A stretch of 64,000 bases of DNA. Origin: a virus (taxonomy: Duplodnaviria > Caudoviricetes). Below, piece by piece: positions 12,085 to 20,762 of this stretch. Below the pieces are notes generated by a model, which was not told where the DNA came from, did not search any database, and saw nothing but the letters and a program-made list of their open reading frames with translations. The stretch spans positions 47,158-111,157 of the IMG/VR virus record IMGVR_UViG_3300029305_002995. One strand, given 5' to 3'. How positions within the stretch are numbered: position 1 is the first letter of the stretch; every line of letters begins with the position of its first letter. The position numbers were made by a program, and so were the translations under genes.

Positions 12085-12474
12085 ATGAAAATCAATGTAA
12101 TGACTCTTACCAATGGCGAACTTAAAAAAATTGAAATCGAAAACAATTTATCCAGTTTACAGAATCTCGTAGGCGGTTATATTGAAATCCCTTGCTTGTC
12201 TGAAAGATTGACCGCTCAAAAAATTATCACCATTATCAATGAAGAAGGAAAATTTTTAGATTTGACTCCCGAAATTGCTTGTGTTTATGATGGTAAACTC
12301 CATGATATAGTTTTTGGTACGGTTATCTTTGCAAGTACAGACTATGAAGGAAATACACTGGGACTTAATACAGAACAGATGGAATATATCAAAAATGAAC
12401 TTAGAAATGATGCTATTGTTCATTTAAGAAACAGAAATAAAACGTATATGCTGAAAGTATTACAGTTTGAATAA
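12085..12474 (+). CDS. DUF3846 domain protein
   Basis: LQNLVGGYIE...INEEGK...DIVFGT. Confidence 0.8.
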   Translation: MKINVMTLTNGELKKIEIENNLSSLQNLVGGYIEIPCLSERLTAQKIITIINEEGKFLDLTPEIACVYDGKLHDIVFGTVIFASTDYEGNTLGLNTEQMEYIKNELRNDAIVHLRNRNKTYMLKVLQFE

Positions 12475-12660
12475 AAAAATTAGGGAGTCTTTCGACTCCC
12501 TTTTTTTATTTACAATTTTACAGATTATTTGTATTTTTGAAAACAGAAACTTTTTGCTTTTATTTTAATTAATATCAAAATAATAGTATTTTTGAAAATA
12601 GACATAATTTGTAAATTTCCCTCACCTGCTTGACAACGTGACTTTTAGTTGATATAATTA

Positions 12661-12793
12661 AAATACAAAGACAGCATTTAATTCCTTTTGATTTGTGCTA
12701 ATGTTGTTTGTTGTTGTTATTTTCTTCAAATTAAAAGCTATTTCTTTTCCTGTTGTCTTTGTATTTGGCGGTGCTTACGGCATCGCCTTTTTT
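12661..12793 (+). ncRNA. Putative antisense sRNA complementary to early-gene leaders and RBS
   Basis: Own promoter (12630-12658), no ORF, 15-bp closing stem (12661-12675/12752-12766), U/G-rich loop, terminator 12767-12793. Confidence 0.7.
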
Positions 12794-13222
12794 ATTACAA
12801 TGTTTTACAAGCCGTCTAAAAGCCTTTATAAAGCGTTTTAATACACGTATAGTAACTTAATCAATAAATAATACAAAATAGATTTTAGACATATTACAGA
12901 AGCGGAAAAATGATTTTAGACTATATGATATATTCAAATATGATAATTAGAATAAAATCCAACTTCAATCAGATTAAAACAAGATAGCAGCGTTTTTGAA
13001 AAAGCAAAGAATTTGTATTTTAACAAAAACAAAAAACTTGAATTTTTGAAAACACTATTTTATTGCAAATAAGATTAGATAATTAGATGATAAGCAAAGA
13101 AATGAATTTTAATTTATTTGATAAAACTACTTGACATATTGCATTTAATATGCTATAATGTAGATGGTAGATAAGCTACTAACAACAAACAAAACATAAA
13201 AGCACAAAAGGAGAAATGAATT

Positions 13223-13426
13223 ATGAAAATCAATGTAGGTTACAAAAAGAATGAATGGTTAGCTGTATATGTTACTGCTGATGGCGAAAGAGAATTTGCA
13301 ATTTGCAATACATATGAAGAAGCGGAAAAAGAAATTAACCGTTTAAGAAATTGTGGTATTTGTATTATTGGAACTATGACAACAAGATTTTATAATCATT
13401 ATGTAGAGGAAATTATTGATAAATAA
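13223..13426 (+). CDS. Hypothetical protein
   Basis: Promoter, RBS and terminator cassette. Confidence 0.75.
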   Translation: MKINVGYKKNEWLAVYVTADGEREFAICNTYEEAEKEINRLRNCGICIIGTMTTRFYNHYVEEIIDK

Positions 13427-13738
13427 CAAATCAAATCAAGGGAGTCGAAAGACTCCCTTTCTTATTTGCGCTACTGGACAATTTATTAGTATTTTTGAAA
13501 ACGTCACTTCCCTGCTCTAATTTCAGAATAGCAATAAAATTCCGTTTTTAACAATACAATTTTTTTGCTTGGAACAAAATAATATAATATTTGAAAACAC
13601 TTTTCTTTTGTCTAAGATAGTAAATATAAAAATAATTTTTATAAAACTACTTGACATACTTTAATTATTATGCTATACTCTAATCATAGAAAATAAACAC
13701 ACAAACAAACCACAAATCAATTAAAAGGAGAAGAAATT

Positions 13739-14407
13739 ATGATTAGTAGTGAAAAGATTCTTGAAATGCTGAATAATGGCAACTATGAAGAACTAAAAGA
13801 ACTTTGTAAACGTGATATGGTGTCTAAAAGCTTAAAAGCAAATGGCGGCACAAATGCAAACAAACAGCTTAAAGCGTTTGAAAAATTTTTGAAACTATCA
13901 CAGAAACAGCCCAAAGAATTAGAACGTATCGTTCATTTTGATATGGTAAAAGGCGACGAAGCAAAAGCATTGTGCAAAGAAGGTCTTTCCGCTTTGTTTA
14001 TTATTCCTTCTTGTCCATTTTATAAAAATATCGAGAGTGTTCCAATGACTGGACAGGCAAAGCTCGGTAGTATTGCAGATTCAATGAATACAAAATTTGA
14101 TTTTACTATTGAAAATGCAGTTATTGATTTTGCTATGAAATACGCAAAAACAAATACTGCGGACAAACGTTTTAGAAACTTATATCTTCCAAACGGTGCT
14201 TTGTTCGACATTGAACTTATCAAAGAAGTTGTAAACGTTCTCGGAGATTGTGAAGTGTATGGAGTTGATAACGGAAACAGAACTTTAATTAGTCCAATCC
14301 TTTTACAATCTAATAATGGATATGCTCTTGTTTGTCCTCGAAAAAATACAGAGCAGGACAAAGAAAAATGTAAAACCTATGATGATTATAAAAACATGAT
14401 GGAATAA
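13739..14407 (+). CDS. Hypothetical protein; C-terminus resembles a beta-clamp domain
   Basis: FDIELIKEVVNVL...SPILLQSNNGYALVCPR pattern. Confidence 0.6.
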   Translation: MISSEKILEMLNNGNYEELKELCKRDMVSKSLKANGGTNANKQLKAFEKFLKLSQKQPKELERIVHFDMVKGDEAKALCKEGLSALFIIPSCPFYKNIESVPMTGQAKLGSIADSMNTKFDFTIENAVIDFAMKYAKTNTADKRFRNLYLPNGALFDIELIKEVVNVLGDCEVYGVDNGNRTLISPILLQSNNGYALVCPRKNTEQDKEKCKTYDDYKNMME

Positions 14408-14615
14408 AAAGTGGGAGTCTGGTAACAGACTCCCTTATTTAACATTAAACAAAATATTAGTGTTTTCAAAAACATTAAGAAAATAATAATTTCGATAAAA
14501 CAGTAAAAAATATTTGACAAACTGGAAAAATTATGTTATAATACAAATGCAATAAGGAAGTAAACACAACAACAAACTATACTTATTGCAAAATACGAAA
14601 GGAGGTACTTGCTTT

Positions 14616-14789
14616 ATGGTTAAAATCGTGCAAAAACAAGATGGTTATTATATCCTCGAAGCACAAATTGATGGCTTAACTATCGTTAAAGGCTTGATGG
14701 ATGCAGACAAACCATTAGAAAAAATTGCAAAAGAACCTAAAGCAGATGGATTTTATTTACATATTCCAGACGAAATAATTTGTAAATAA
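14616..14789 (+). CDS. Small hypothetical protein
   Basis: AAGGAGGT RBS after a promoter. Confidence 0.65.
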   Translation: MVKIVQKQDGYYILEAQIDGLTIVKGLMDADKPLEKIAKEPKADGFYLHIPDEIICK

Positions 14790-15135
14790 ATGAAGTCGGA
14801 GGGAATTTATTCTGACTGCCAATACATAATAAATTCCCTCTTGTACCTTATTCAATCAATGATGTGTAATACAATATGTAAATGCAATTCACGGAATAAA
14901 TTATAAATAGAACCTTATTTTTTAGAAGAAAATAAAATAGAAGAAGAAAAGCGAAAAGGATTGATTTTCAAATATCAGTCCTTTTTGTTTTGTACAAAAA
15001 TATCATGTTTTTGAAAATACATATAATATTATTTAGTAAATATATACACAAACTACTTGACAACATGATTTCAGTATGTTATAATACAGTCAAGAAAATA
15101 AACACAAATGCAAACAACATGAAAGGATTGATATT

Positions 15136-15618
15136 ATGTTATACTGTGCTTATGGTAGTAATATGAACTTGGAACAAATGGCTTATAGATGCCCTAACTC
15201 AAAAATTGTAGGGACTGGACAAATTAAAAATTATCAGTTAGTATTTAATATGTGTGCAGATATTATTAAAAGCGACAATGCGGAAAATTTTGTTCCAGTT
15301 GTTCTCTGGGAAATCGCAGAAGAAGATTGGGAAAGATTGGATATTTACGAAGGTTATCCACATTTCTATACAAAAGAAGTTGTTACAGTATCTTGCGGAA
15401 AAAACAATGTAGAAGCTATCGTATATGTTATGATAGACGATAACAAAGGTATTGAGCCGCCTATGTATGATTACTTTATGGGTATTTTAGCAGGATATAC
15501 GGAAAATAATATCAACACAAAACCGCTGTATGATGCTTTGAAACATTCACAAGAACATAAAACAGTACATTCTAAATATGTATATGGAAGATTATCTAAG
15601 AAACTTAATAGACGATAA
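15136..15618 (+). CDS. Gamma-glutamylcyclotransferase (AIG2/GGCT-like)
   Basis: YCAYGSNMN...RCP, LDIYEGYP. Confidence 0.9.
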   Translation: MLYCAYGSNMNLEQMAYRCPNSKIVGTGQIKNYQLVFNMCADIIKSDNAENFVPVVLWEIAEEDWERLDIYEGYPHFYTKEVVTVSCGKNNVEAIVYVMIDDNKGIEPPMYDYFMGILAGYTENNINTKPLYDALKHSQEHKTVHSKYVYGRLSKKLNRR

Positions 15619-15647
15619 ATATATATATTTTAATGGAGGAAAATAAT

Positions 15648-15905
15648 ATGAAAAAATGGTGTCTTATTGACGAAGCAAGAAATATTATGGATTTATTTGT
15701 ATACGACAACAAAGATTTAGCTATTGCCGATGCAGAGAATTTATGGAGTCGTTTGACAAATTCTGATAAAATGCAAAGAACAATGTTTCTTGTAGGTTTA
15801 TGTAATGTAGAACAAAACGAAGATGGTAAATGGGATTTTGCAGAAAATAAATATGGGCTTATTGATTGTGATATTTATGAAGTAGCAAAAAATTTTATAG
15901 AATAA
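15648..15905 (+). CDS. Hypothetical protein
   Basis: GGAGG RBS; operon context. Confidence 0.7.
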   Translation: MKKWCLIDEARNIMDLFVYDNKDLAIADAENLWSRLTNSDKMQRTMFLVGLCNVEQNEDGKWDFAENKYGLIDCDIYEVAKNFIE

Positions 15906-15934
15906 ATATATTTTGTAATACAAAGGATGATGCG

Positions 15935-16327
15935 ATGAAAAAGAAAACAATGCAGACATATAAAAATTATGTTTGCCCTAAATGCTTTAATATTCTGACT
16001 CAATGTAATTGTGATAAGTTGTCTGATAAACTCATTTATATCGATGTAGGTATTCAAGAGCATATTAAAATCCTAAATGCCAAAGGTTATAAAACGCTAT
16101 TTTGTTGCGAGTCTCATTATGAAAGAAATGATTTGCAATTATATATTTCCTTTGCCTATCAGCATTATCATTTAGGCGAACTACCGCATGGTTTTAAACG
16201 TTCTGCAGATGGAAGGAATATAGAATATATCTTTAATTCAAAGCTATCCAGAGACGCTTACAGCCAATGTAAAAACGATGTATTAAAAGAACTATTAGAA
16301 TGGTGCAAAGCCTTGCCGAATTTATAA
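15935..16327 (+). CDS. Hypothetical protein (Zn-binding N-terminus; ID..I...LN.KGY.T..CC..H motif)
   Basis: ORF track and motif. Confidence 0.7.
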   Translation: MKKKTMQTYKNYVCPKCFNILTQCNCDKLSDKLIYIDVGIQEHIKILNAKGYKTLFCCESHYERNDLQLYISFAYQHYHLGELPHGFKRSADGRNIEYIFNSKLSRDAYSQCKNDVLKELLEWCKALPNL

Positions 16328-16635
16328 TAAAAACATTAAAGAGGATTAAAAGGGAGTCTTTCGACTCTCTTTTTTTATTTACAATAAAATAGCATTTTTG
16401 AAAACAAATATTTATTGTTATTCCCTACTCTGACAAAATATAATTATTTTTGAAAATATAATTAAGCTGCCATAACAGAAAAATCTTATATTTGAAAATG
16501 CTAAGAAAATAAATATTAAAATAATCAATTTTTTCTTTCAAAAATCCTTGACATAATGAATGTATTGTGTTATACTATAATCAAACAAAGGAAATAAATA
16601 AAACAACAAACAATGTATCAAAAGGAGAATGAATT

Positions 16636-17250
16636 ATGATTACACTGAATCAGCTTAATTGTTCCAGATGTTATCGTTTTGTAGATAACAATTTGAAATC
16701 TTATAAAGTGGAATGTATTCGCTTTTATAAAGAAAATAAGGTTGTAATTCAAGTTGATAATGGTTGGTTGACTGTTAGAAAACAGGGATGGACAGTTGAT
16801 TTGAAATCTCTTGACCTTCCTATTTCTGAAATCAAAGCTAAAAGAAAAGAAAAACTGGATGGCAATGAAGTTTTCTATATGAGCCTTGGGACTGAAAAAT
16901 ACGGTTCTGAAAAGATTTGTGTACTTTATATTCCTGCTGATATGTTAGGAATTAAATTTGCAGAATATAAAAAACAGTCTGATTATGTACAGGCTATCTA
17001 TACAGGCGAACAGGGAATCTATATTGAAAAATTTGTAGGTACTTTGAATTGTAAATTGCGATTTCTTAGAGAAGAATATGCAAGATATTATAAAAAAGTT
17101 GACGAATATGCTTTGATGGTTACTAAAGAAGAAGTTTTCGATGAATTTTTCAATAAATTGGTAGAACTTAAAGAAGCTATCAAAGCAGAACAAAAACGTG
17201 TTTACAATTTAACTGTTGAAGAAGCAGTAAAAGAAATGAAAGAGGTGTAA
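16636..17250 (+). CDS. Hypothetical protein
   Basis: First gene after promoter 16548. Confidence 0.75.
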   Translation: MITLNQLNCSRCYRFVDNNLKSYKVECIRFYKENKVVIQVDNGWLTVRKQGWTVDLKSLDLPISEIKAKRKEKLDGNEVFYMSLGTEKYGSEKICVLYIPADMLGIKFAEYKKQSDYVQAIYTGEQGIYIEKFVGTLNCKLRFLREEYARYYKKVDEYALMVTKEEVFDEFFNKLVELKEAIKAEQKRVYNLTVEEAVKEMKEV

Positions 17251-17253
17251 TGT

Positions 17254-17586
17254 ATGACAGATAAAGTATATAAAACTGCTTGTACTTTCGGTTTTGACGA
17301 AGAACTGGAAAGGCTTGAAAAAGATTTGTTATCTGTTAAATATGTTCAAAGTGTAGATTTTGACATTGATGGTTTTTACGACAATATCAATTATATTATC
17401 ACTATTTTCAAGTATGCAATTCCAGTGACTTTGAAAAATTATTTTGAAGTTAGACGCACAATGTTAAAAGAAGTGCTTGTGATTATGGGAAAACATGGTT
17501 TGTCAAAAACTGGTGATGCTATCGAAGATTACGGAGAGCATTATTATATTGTACGCAGTTATAATCCAGACAATAATGCAGAATAA
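17254..17586 (+). CDS. Hypothetical protein
   Basis: Tightly coupled ORF with GAGGTG RBS. Confidence 0.75.
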   Translation: MTDKVYKTACTFGFDEELERLEKDLLSVKYVQSVDFDIDGFYDNINYIITIFKYAIPVTLKNYFEVRRTMLKEVLVIMGKHGLSKTGDAIEDYGEHYYIVRSYNPDNNAE

Positions 17587-17599
17587 GGAGTGAAATATA

Positions 17600-18034
17600 A
17601 TGACATATATTTCTATGTTGCATGGTGGCACTGATAGTCAGTATCACAGAAGCCCTATTATTATCCATGATGGAATGTGGTATTGTGCAGAATTTCAGAC
17701 TGTTGAGCAGTTGGATTTCTTTGCTAAAACTTTAGGTTTTACCTATGAATTAACCGAAGAAGAAAAATGGATGAATACTAAAAAAGTATATCAAAAATAC
17801 AGAATGAGCCATGATATTAAAACGGCAGATAAACGCTTTTGGACTTTTGAAGATTTGCCAGATGGAGTAAAACCTATTAAAGCATTATCTAATAGACATA
17901 TCGTTACTTGCTATTATATCAATACTGGCGATTGTATTGTGATTTACAGACCGAATCCAAACGCTAAAGAAGTTTATAAACCATTAAGCCTCACAGAACA
18001 TATTAACCATCAAAAGATTTACGGTAGCTATTAA
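17600..18034 (+). CDS. Hypothetical protein
   Basis: AAGGAG RBS. Confidence 0.75.
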   Translation: MTYISMLHGGTDSQYHRSPIIIHDGMWYCAEFQTVEQLDFFAKTLGFTYELTEEEKWMNTKKVYQKYRMSHDIKTADKRFWTFEDLPDGVKPIKALSNRHIVTCYYINTGDCIVIYRPNPNAKEVYKPLSLTEHINHQKIYGSY

Positions 18035-18048
18035 GGAGAATAATTACA

Positions 18049-18174
18049 ATGAAAAGAAAATATATGTATCTTTTAGAAAGAATTAGGGATTGTTCTGATT
18101 GGGAAAAAGGCATGAGAATTTGGGCAGATTCTCCTTGTACTGGATGGAGAATTGTTAAAAAAATTAGAGTATAA
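18049..18174 (+). CDS. 41-aa hypothetical peptide (not in ORF track)
   Basis: AAGGAG RBS; MKRKYMYLLERIRD...KKIRV. Confidence 0.55.
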   Translation: MKRKYMYLLERIRDCSDWEKGMRIWADSPCTGWRIVKKIRV

Positions 18175-18197
18175 AAGAATTATTTTAAGCGGAGGAC

Positions 18198-18722
18198 TTG
18201 AGTATGTGTAATTTTGATGAAGTAATTGCAAAGAGCATTGAATTGCATAATGCAATCAATAAGCTTAATGATGAATCTAAGGTTCTCAATTCTATTATCG
18301 CAGAGAAGAGAGAAGCAAAGAAGCAAGACATTATGAATGACTTGCAGAGGTATATCGATATTATGACAAAGCTTGATATTAAGGTTGTTGAGTTTAAGAC
18401 CAATAGTTTTATGTACTACAATGAAATGAATCGCAGACTTGGCATTAAGATTCGCAGATGGAGTCAAGGTGTTCAAATTGATTTGGGTTGTTGTTCTACT
18501 GTCATGAACGGTTTTTATACATTCCACTCTATTGGTCATGTAGCTGCTGGACTTAGACATGAAGATATTATGAATGGTTTTTGTGAAAAGTGGGATGACA
18601 TTAAGAAAGGCATGGACACTTTCTTTGCTAAAGAAATTGAAAAGATTTTGGAAGATAGAAAAGCAAAGGCAATTAAAGAAAGAGAATGTGCTATTAGCAA
18701 ATTGACCTCAATTAGCAGATAA
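18198..18722 (+). CDS. Hypothetical protein
   Basis: GGAGG RBS. Confidence 0.75.
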   Translation: MSMCNFDEVIAKSIELHNAINKLNDESKVLNSIIAEKREAKKQDIMNDLQRYIDIMTKLDIKVVEFKTNSFMYYNEMNRRLGIKIRRWSQGVQIDLGCCSTVMNGFYTFHSIGHVAAGLRHEDIMNGFCEKWDDIKKGMDTFFAKEIEKILEDRKAKAIKERECAISKLTSISR

Positions 18723-18737
18723 GTGGAGGATTGAAAC

Positions 18738-18908
18738 ATGTTTGAAACTAAGAAAGATATATATAACGAACTGACAAAGCTTTTGACAGACTATGAGAAT
18801 CCTATGGATGTAGAAGATTATGATGATATTGATTGGGAAGCAGAACTTTATGAAATGTTGGTAAAGATTCAAAACAGATGGGAAGATACCATCACGGCAG
18901 ACATTTAA
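18738..18908 (+). CDS. Small acidic protein (not in ORF track)
   Basis: GGAGG RBS; MFETKKDIYNEL... Confidence 0.65.
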   Translation: MFETKKDIYNELTKLLTDYENPMDVEDYDDIDWEAELYEMLVKIQNRWEDTITADI

Positions 18909-18937
18909 AAATGTAATTTTAAACGGAGGATTTAATT

Positions 18938-19132
18938 ATGAGTGAAACAGTAAGAATTTGGCTTGAAGAACTTTATAAAAATGAGATTGAAGAAATCAAA
19001 GGAACTATTGAAAACGAGCATATTTGGGAACTTGGATATGATGGAGAAGAGCCGAATCCGCATACAGAAAATATCGAAGTGCTGAAAGAATATATCGAAG
19101 TGCTTGAAGAGAAGTTGGCTGAACTGAATTAA
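18938..19132 (+). CDS. Small acidic protein
   Basis: GGAGG RBS. Confidence 0.7.
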   Translation: MSETVRIWLEELYKNEIEEIKGTIENEHIWELGYDGEEPNPHTENIEVLKEYIEVLEEKLAELN

Positions 19133-19160
19133 AAGGATAATTTTATAGGGAGGGGCAAAC

Positions 19161-19397
19161 ATGGAAAATAATGAAAGAATGTACTATGCAGGAGTCGATA
19201 TGACAGATTGGGATTTTTCTTTTAAGGAAGATGACCCTAAATTTATCTACAAGGCATTTATGGCAGTATGCAACTTTGCGGAAGAATTTTCTGGTTGTGT
19301 CGGTTGCCCGTTGAGAGATAAATTGTGTTTCTCTAAGCACGGGCATATGTTTTGGGGTAAGGTTCATAGAGAATTGACAGATGTGAATCTAAGATAA
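19161..19397 (+). CDS. Small Cys-containing protein
   Basis: GGAGG RBS. Confidence 0.7.
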   Translation: MENNERMYYAGVDMTDWDFSFKEDDPKFIYKAFMAVCNFAEEFSGCVGCPLRDKLCFSKHGHMFWGKVHRELTDVNLR

Positions 19398-19422
19398 AAT
19401 GACGATTTTATAAGGAGATTTA

Positions 19423-19608
19423 GTGATTATGAAAAGGATTTTTCGTGATACAGAATCCAATGAACTAATTACAGAGCAGGAACTAAAAAATGAATTTCTA
19501 TATTATTGTAAACATCTAAGTAACGACCCAAGAACTTTTGAACAGTATATTAAAGACTGTACAAGTAAAAACGGATTTTTAGAGGAAGTTAAAAATACAA
19601 CTAAATAA
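19423..19608 (+). CDS. Small hypothetical protein
   Basis: AAGGAG RBS; terminator downstream. Confidence 0.65.
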   Translation: MIMKRIFRDTESNELITEQELKNEFLYYCKHLSNDPRTFEQYIKDCTSKNGFLEEVKNTTK

Positions 19609-20053
19609 ACAAATTAAGGGAAGTAACATCAATTTTACTTCCCTTTTACTTCCCTATTTTTTATACAGAAAATTAACATTTTTGAAAACAATCATAATAT
19701 TAAAATGGCTGCTTAAATACGAATTGTAAAATAATGTAAACGTATATGAATTTTATTTAATCATCCCCAAACCGTCTATAAGCCATTTTAAGACAGTTTA
19801 TAGATTCAATGACAGGTTATCTATCTAACCACCTAAAAATAGAAAATAGACCTATTACAGAAGCGGATATAAGCAAATATACATATTAGATATATGGATA
19901 TTGTTTGTAGGAATATTTATTTTCCAAAAAACTATCTGAAACAAAGTCTTTGTAAATAAATCAGATATTGCAGGTAAACTTAATTTTTGAAAACAGTTAT
20001 TTCATGTAAATGCCATTCTTCCCCATCGTCAACTGGAAATTAAATTTTTTATG

Positions 20054-20185
20054 GTGCTTTAAGTATTTTATATATCTCTTATTATTATATATATAGAAGT
20101 TAAAAAACGTTACAGATACTGTACACGATTGGGTATCTGACAGTTAAAAATAGCTATTTTGTGTACGTTATCTGTATATTTTTGA
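20054..20185 (-). repeat. Right arm of ~134-bp inverted repeat (partner 4608-4741)
   Basis: Reverse complement matches 4608-4741 except for the ~25-bp core spacer. Confidence 0.9.
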
Positions 20186-20348
20186 TTTTTTGACTTTTTC
20201 GAAAATAGTTGTTTCACTGGAAGATATGGAAATAATTGTAATTAGTGGCATTTAGAATCAGTTTGACAAGCTGAAAATTATAGTTTATAATTAAAAAAAG
20301 AGAATTTTTTAAGCAAAACATAAAAATTTTCAAAAATGAGGTGTTTTT

Positions 20349-20621
20349 GTGGCATATTTGAAAGTTGAAGAATCAAAAATGAAAGAAAAAATTCAAAGAA
20401 CTACTATGAATACAACGATTGAAAAAGAACTTTTAGGTGCATTTAAGGCAAAATGTAGAACGAGTGGAATCCCAATGAATATGATTCTTGAAATTTTCAT
20501 GCGTCAGTTTATCAATGACGAAGTTGTATTAAAATTTGCTAATAATCGTTTGACTTTGGGTGTGGATGAATTAAATAATTCTGAGTTAAAAGAATTTGAA
20601 TCTAAAGAAGAAATTAAATAG
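20349..20621 (+). CDS. Ribbon-helix-helix-like DNA-binding protein
   Basis: TTMNTTIEKELLGAFKAKC...MNMILEIFMRQF. Confidence 0.6.
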   Translation: MAYLKVEESKMKEKIQRTTMNTTIEKELLGAFKAKCRTSGIPMNMILEIFMRQFINDEVVLKFANNRLTLGVDELNNSELKEFESKEEIK

Positions 20622-20762
20622 TTTGATTTTTGAAAAGAGTGGAAATTGTATTTCTGCTCTTTTATTTTTTTTGCTAAAATTTCCTTGACAAAGTATAATG
20701 ATTGTGTTATACTGCATTTAGAAAGTAAATAAAACAATAAACGAGATTGAGGTGATAATAAA

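Larger units (their letters stand above)
8095..16372 (+). terminator. Family of nine related intrinsic terminators with GAGTC/GACTC stems
   Basis: Hairpins plus U-tract at about 8095, 9098, 9988, 11271, 11853, 12482, 13439, 14413 and 16351, e.g. GGGAGTCGAAAGACTCCC. Confidence 0.85.
8563..16576 (+). promoter_or_regulatory. Series of near-consensus sigmaA promoters heading each cassette
   Basis: TTGAC(A/T)-17-TATAAT/TATACT/TATTAT with -35 at 8563, 9422, 10318, 11444, 12000, 12630, 13131, 13651, 14514, 15057 and 16548. Similar promoters at 20263, 20685, 22505 and 26501. Confidence 0.85.

Noticed and set aside
6590-19700. CRISPR array in the repeat-rich early region
   Set aside because: Repeats are promoters, terminators and short motifs separated by genes; there is no regular repeat-spacer period and no cas operon.
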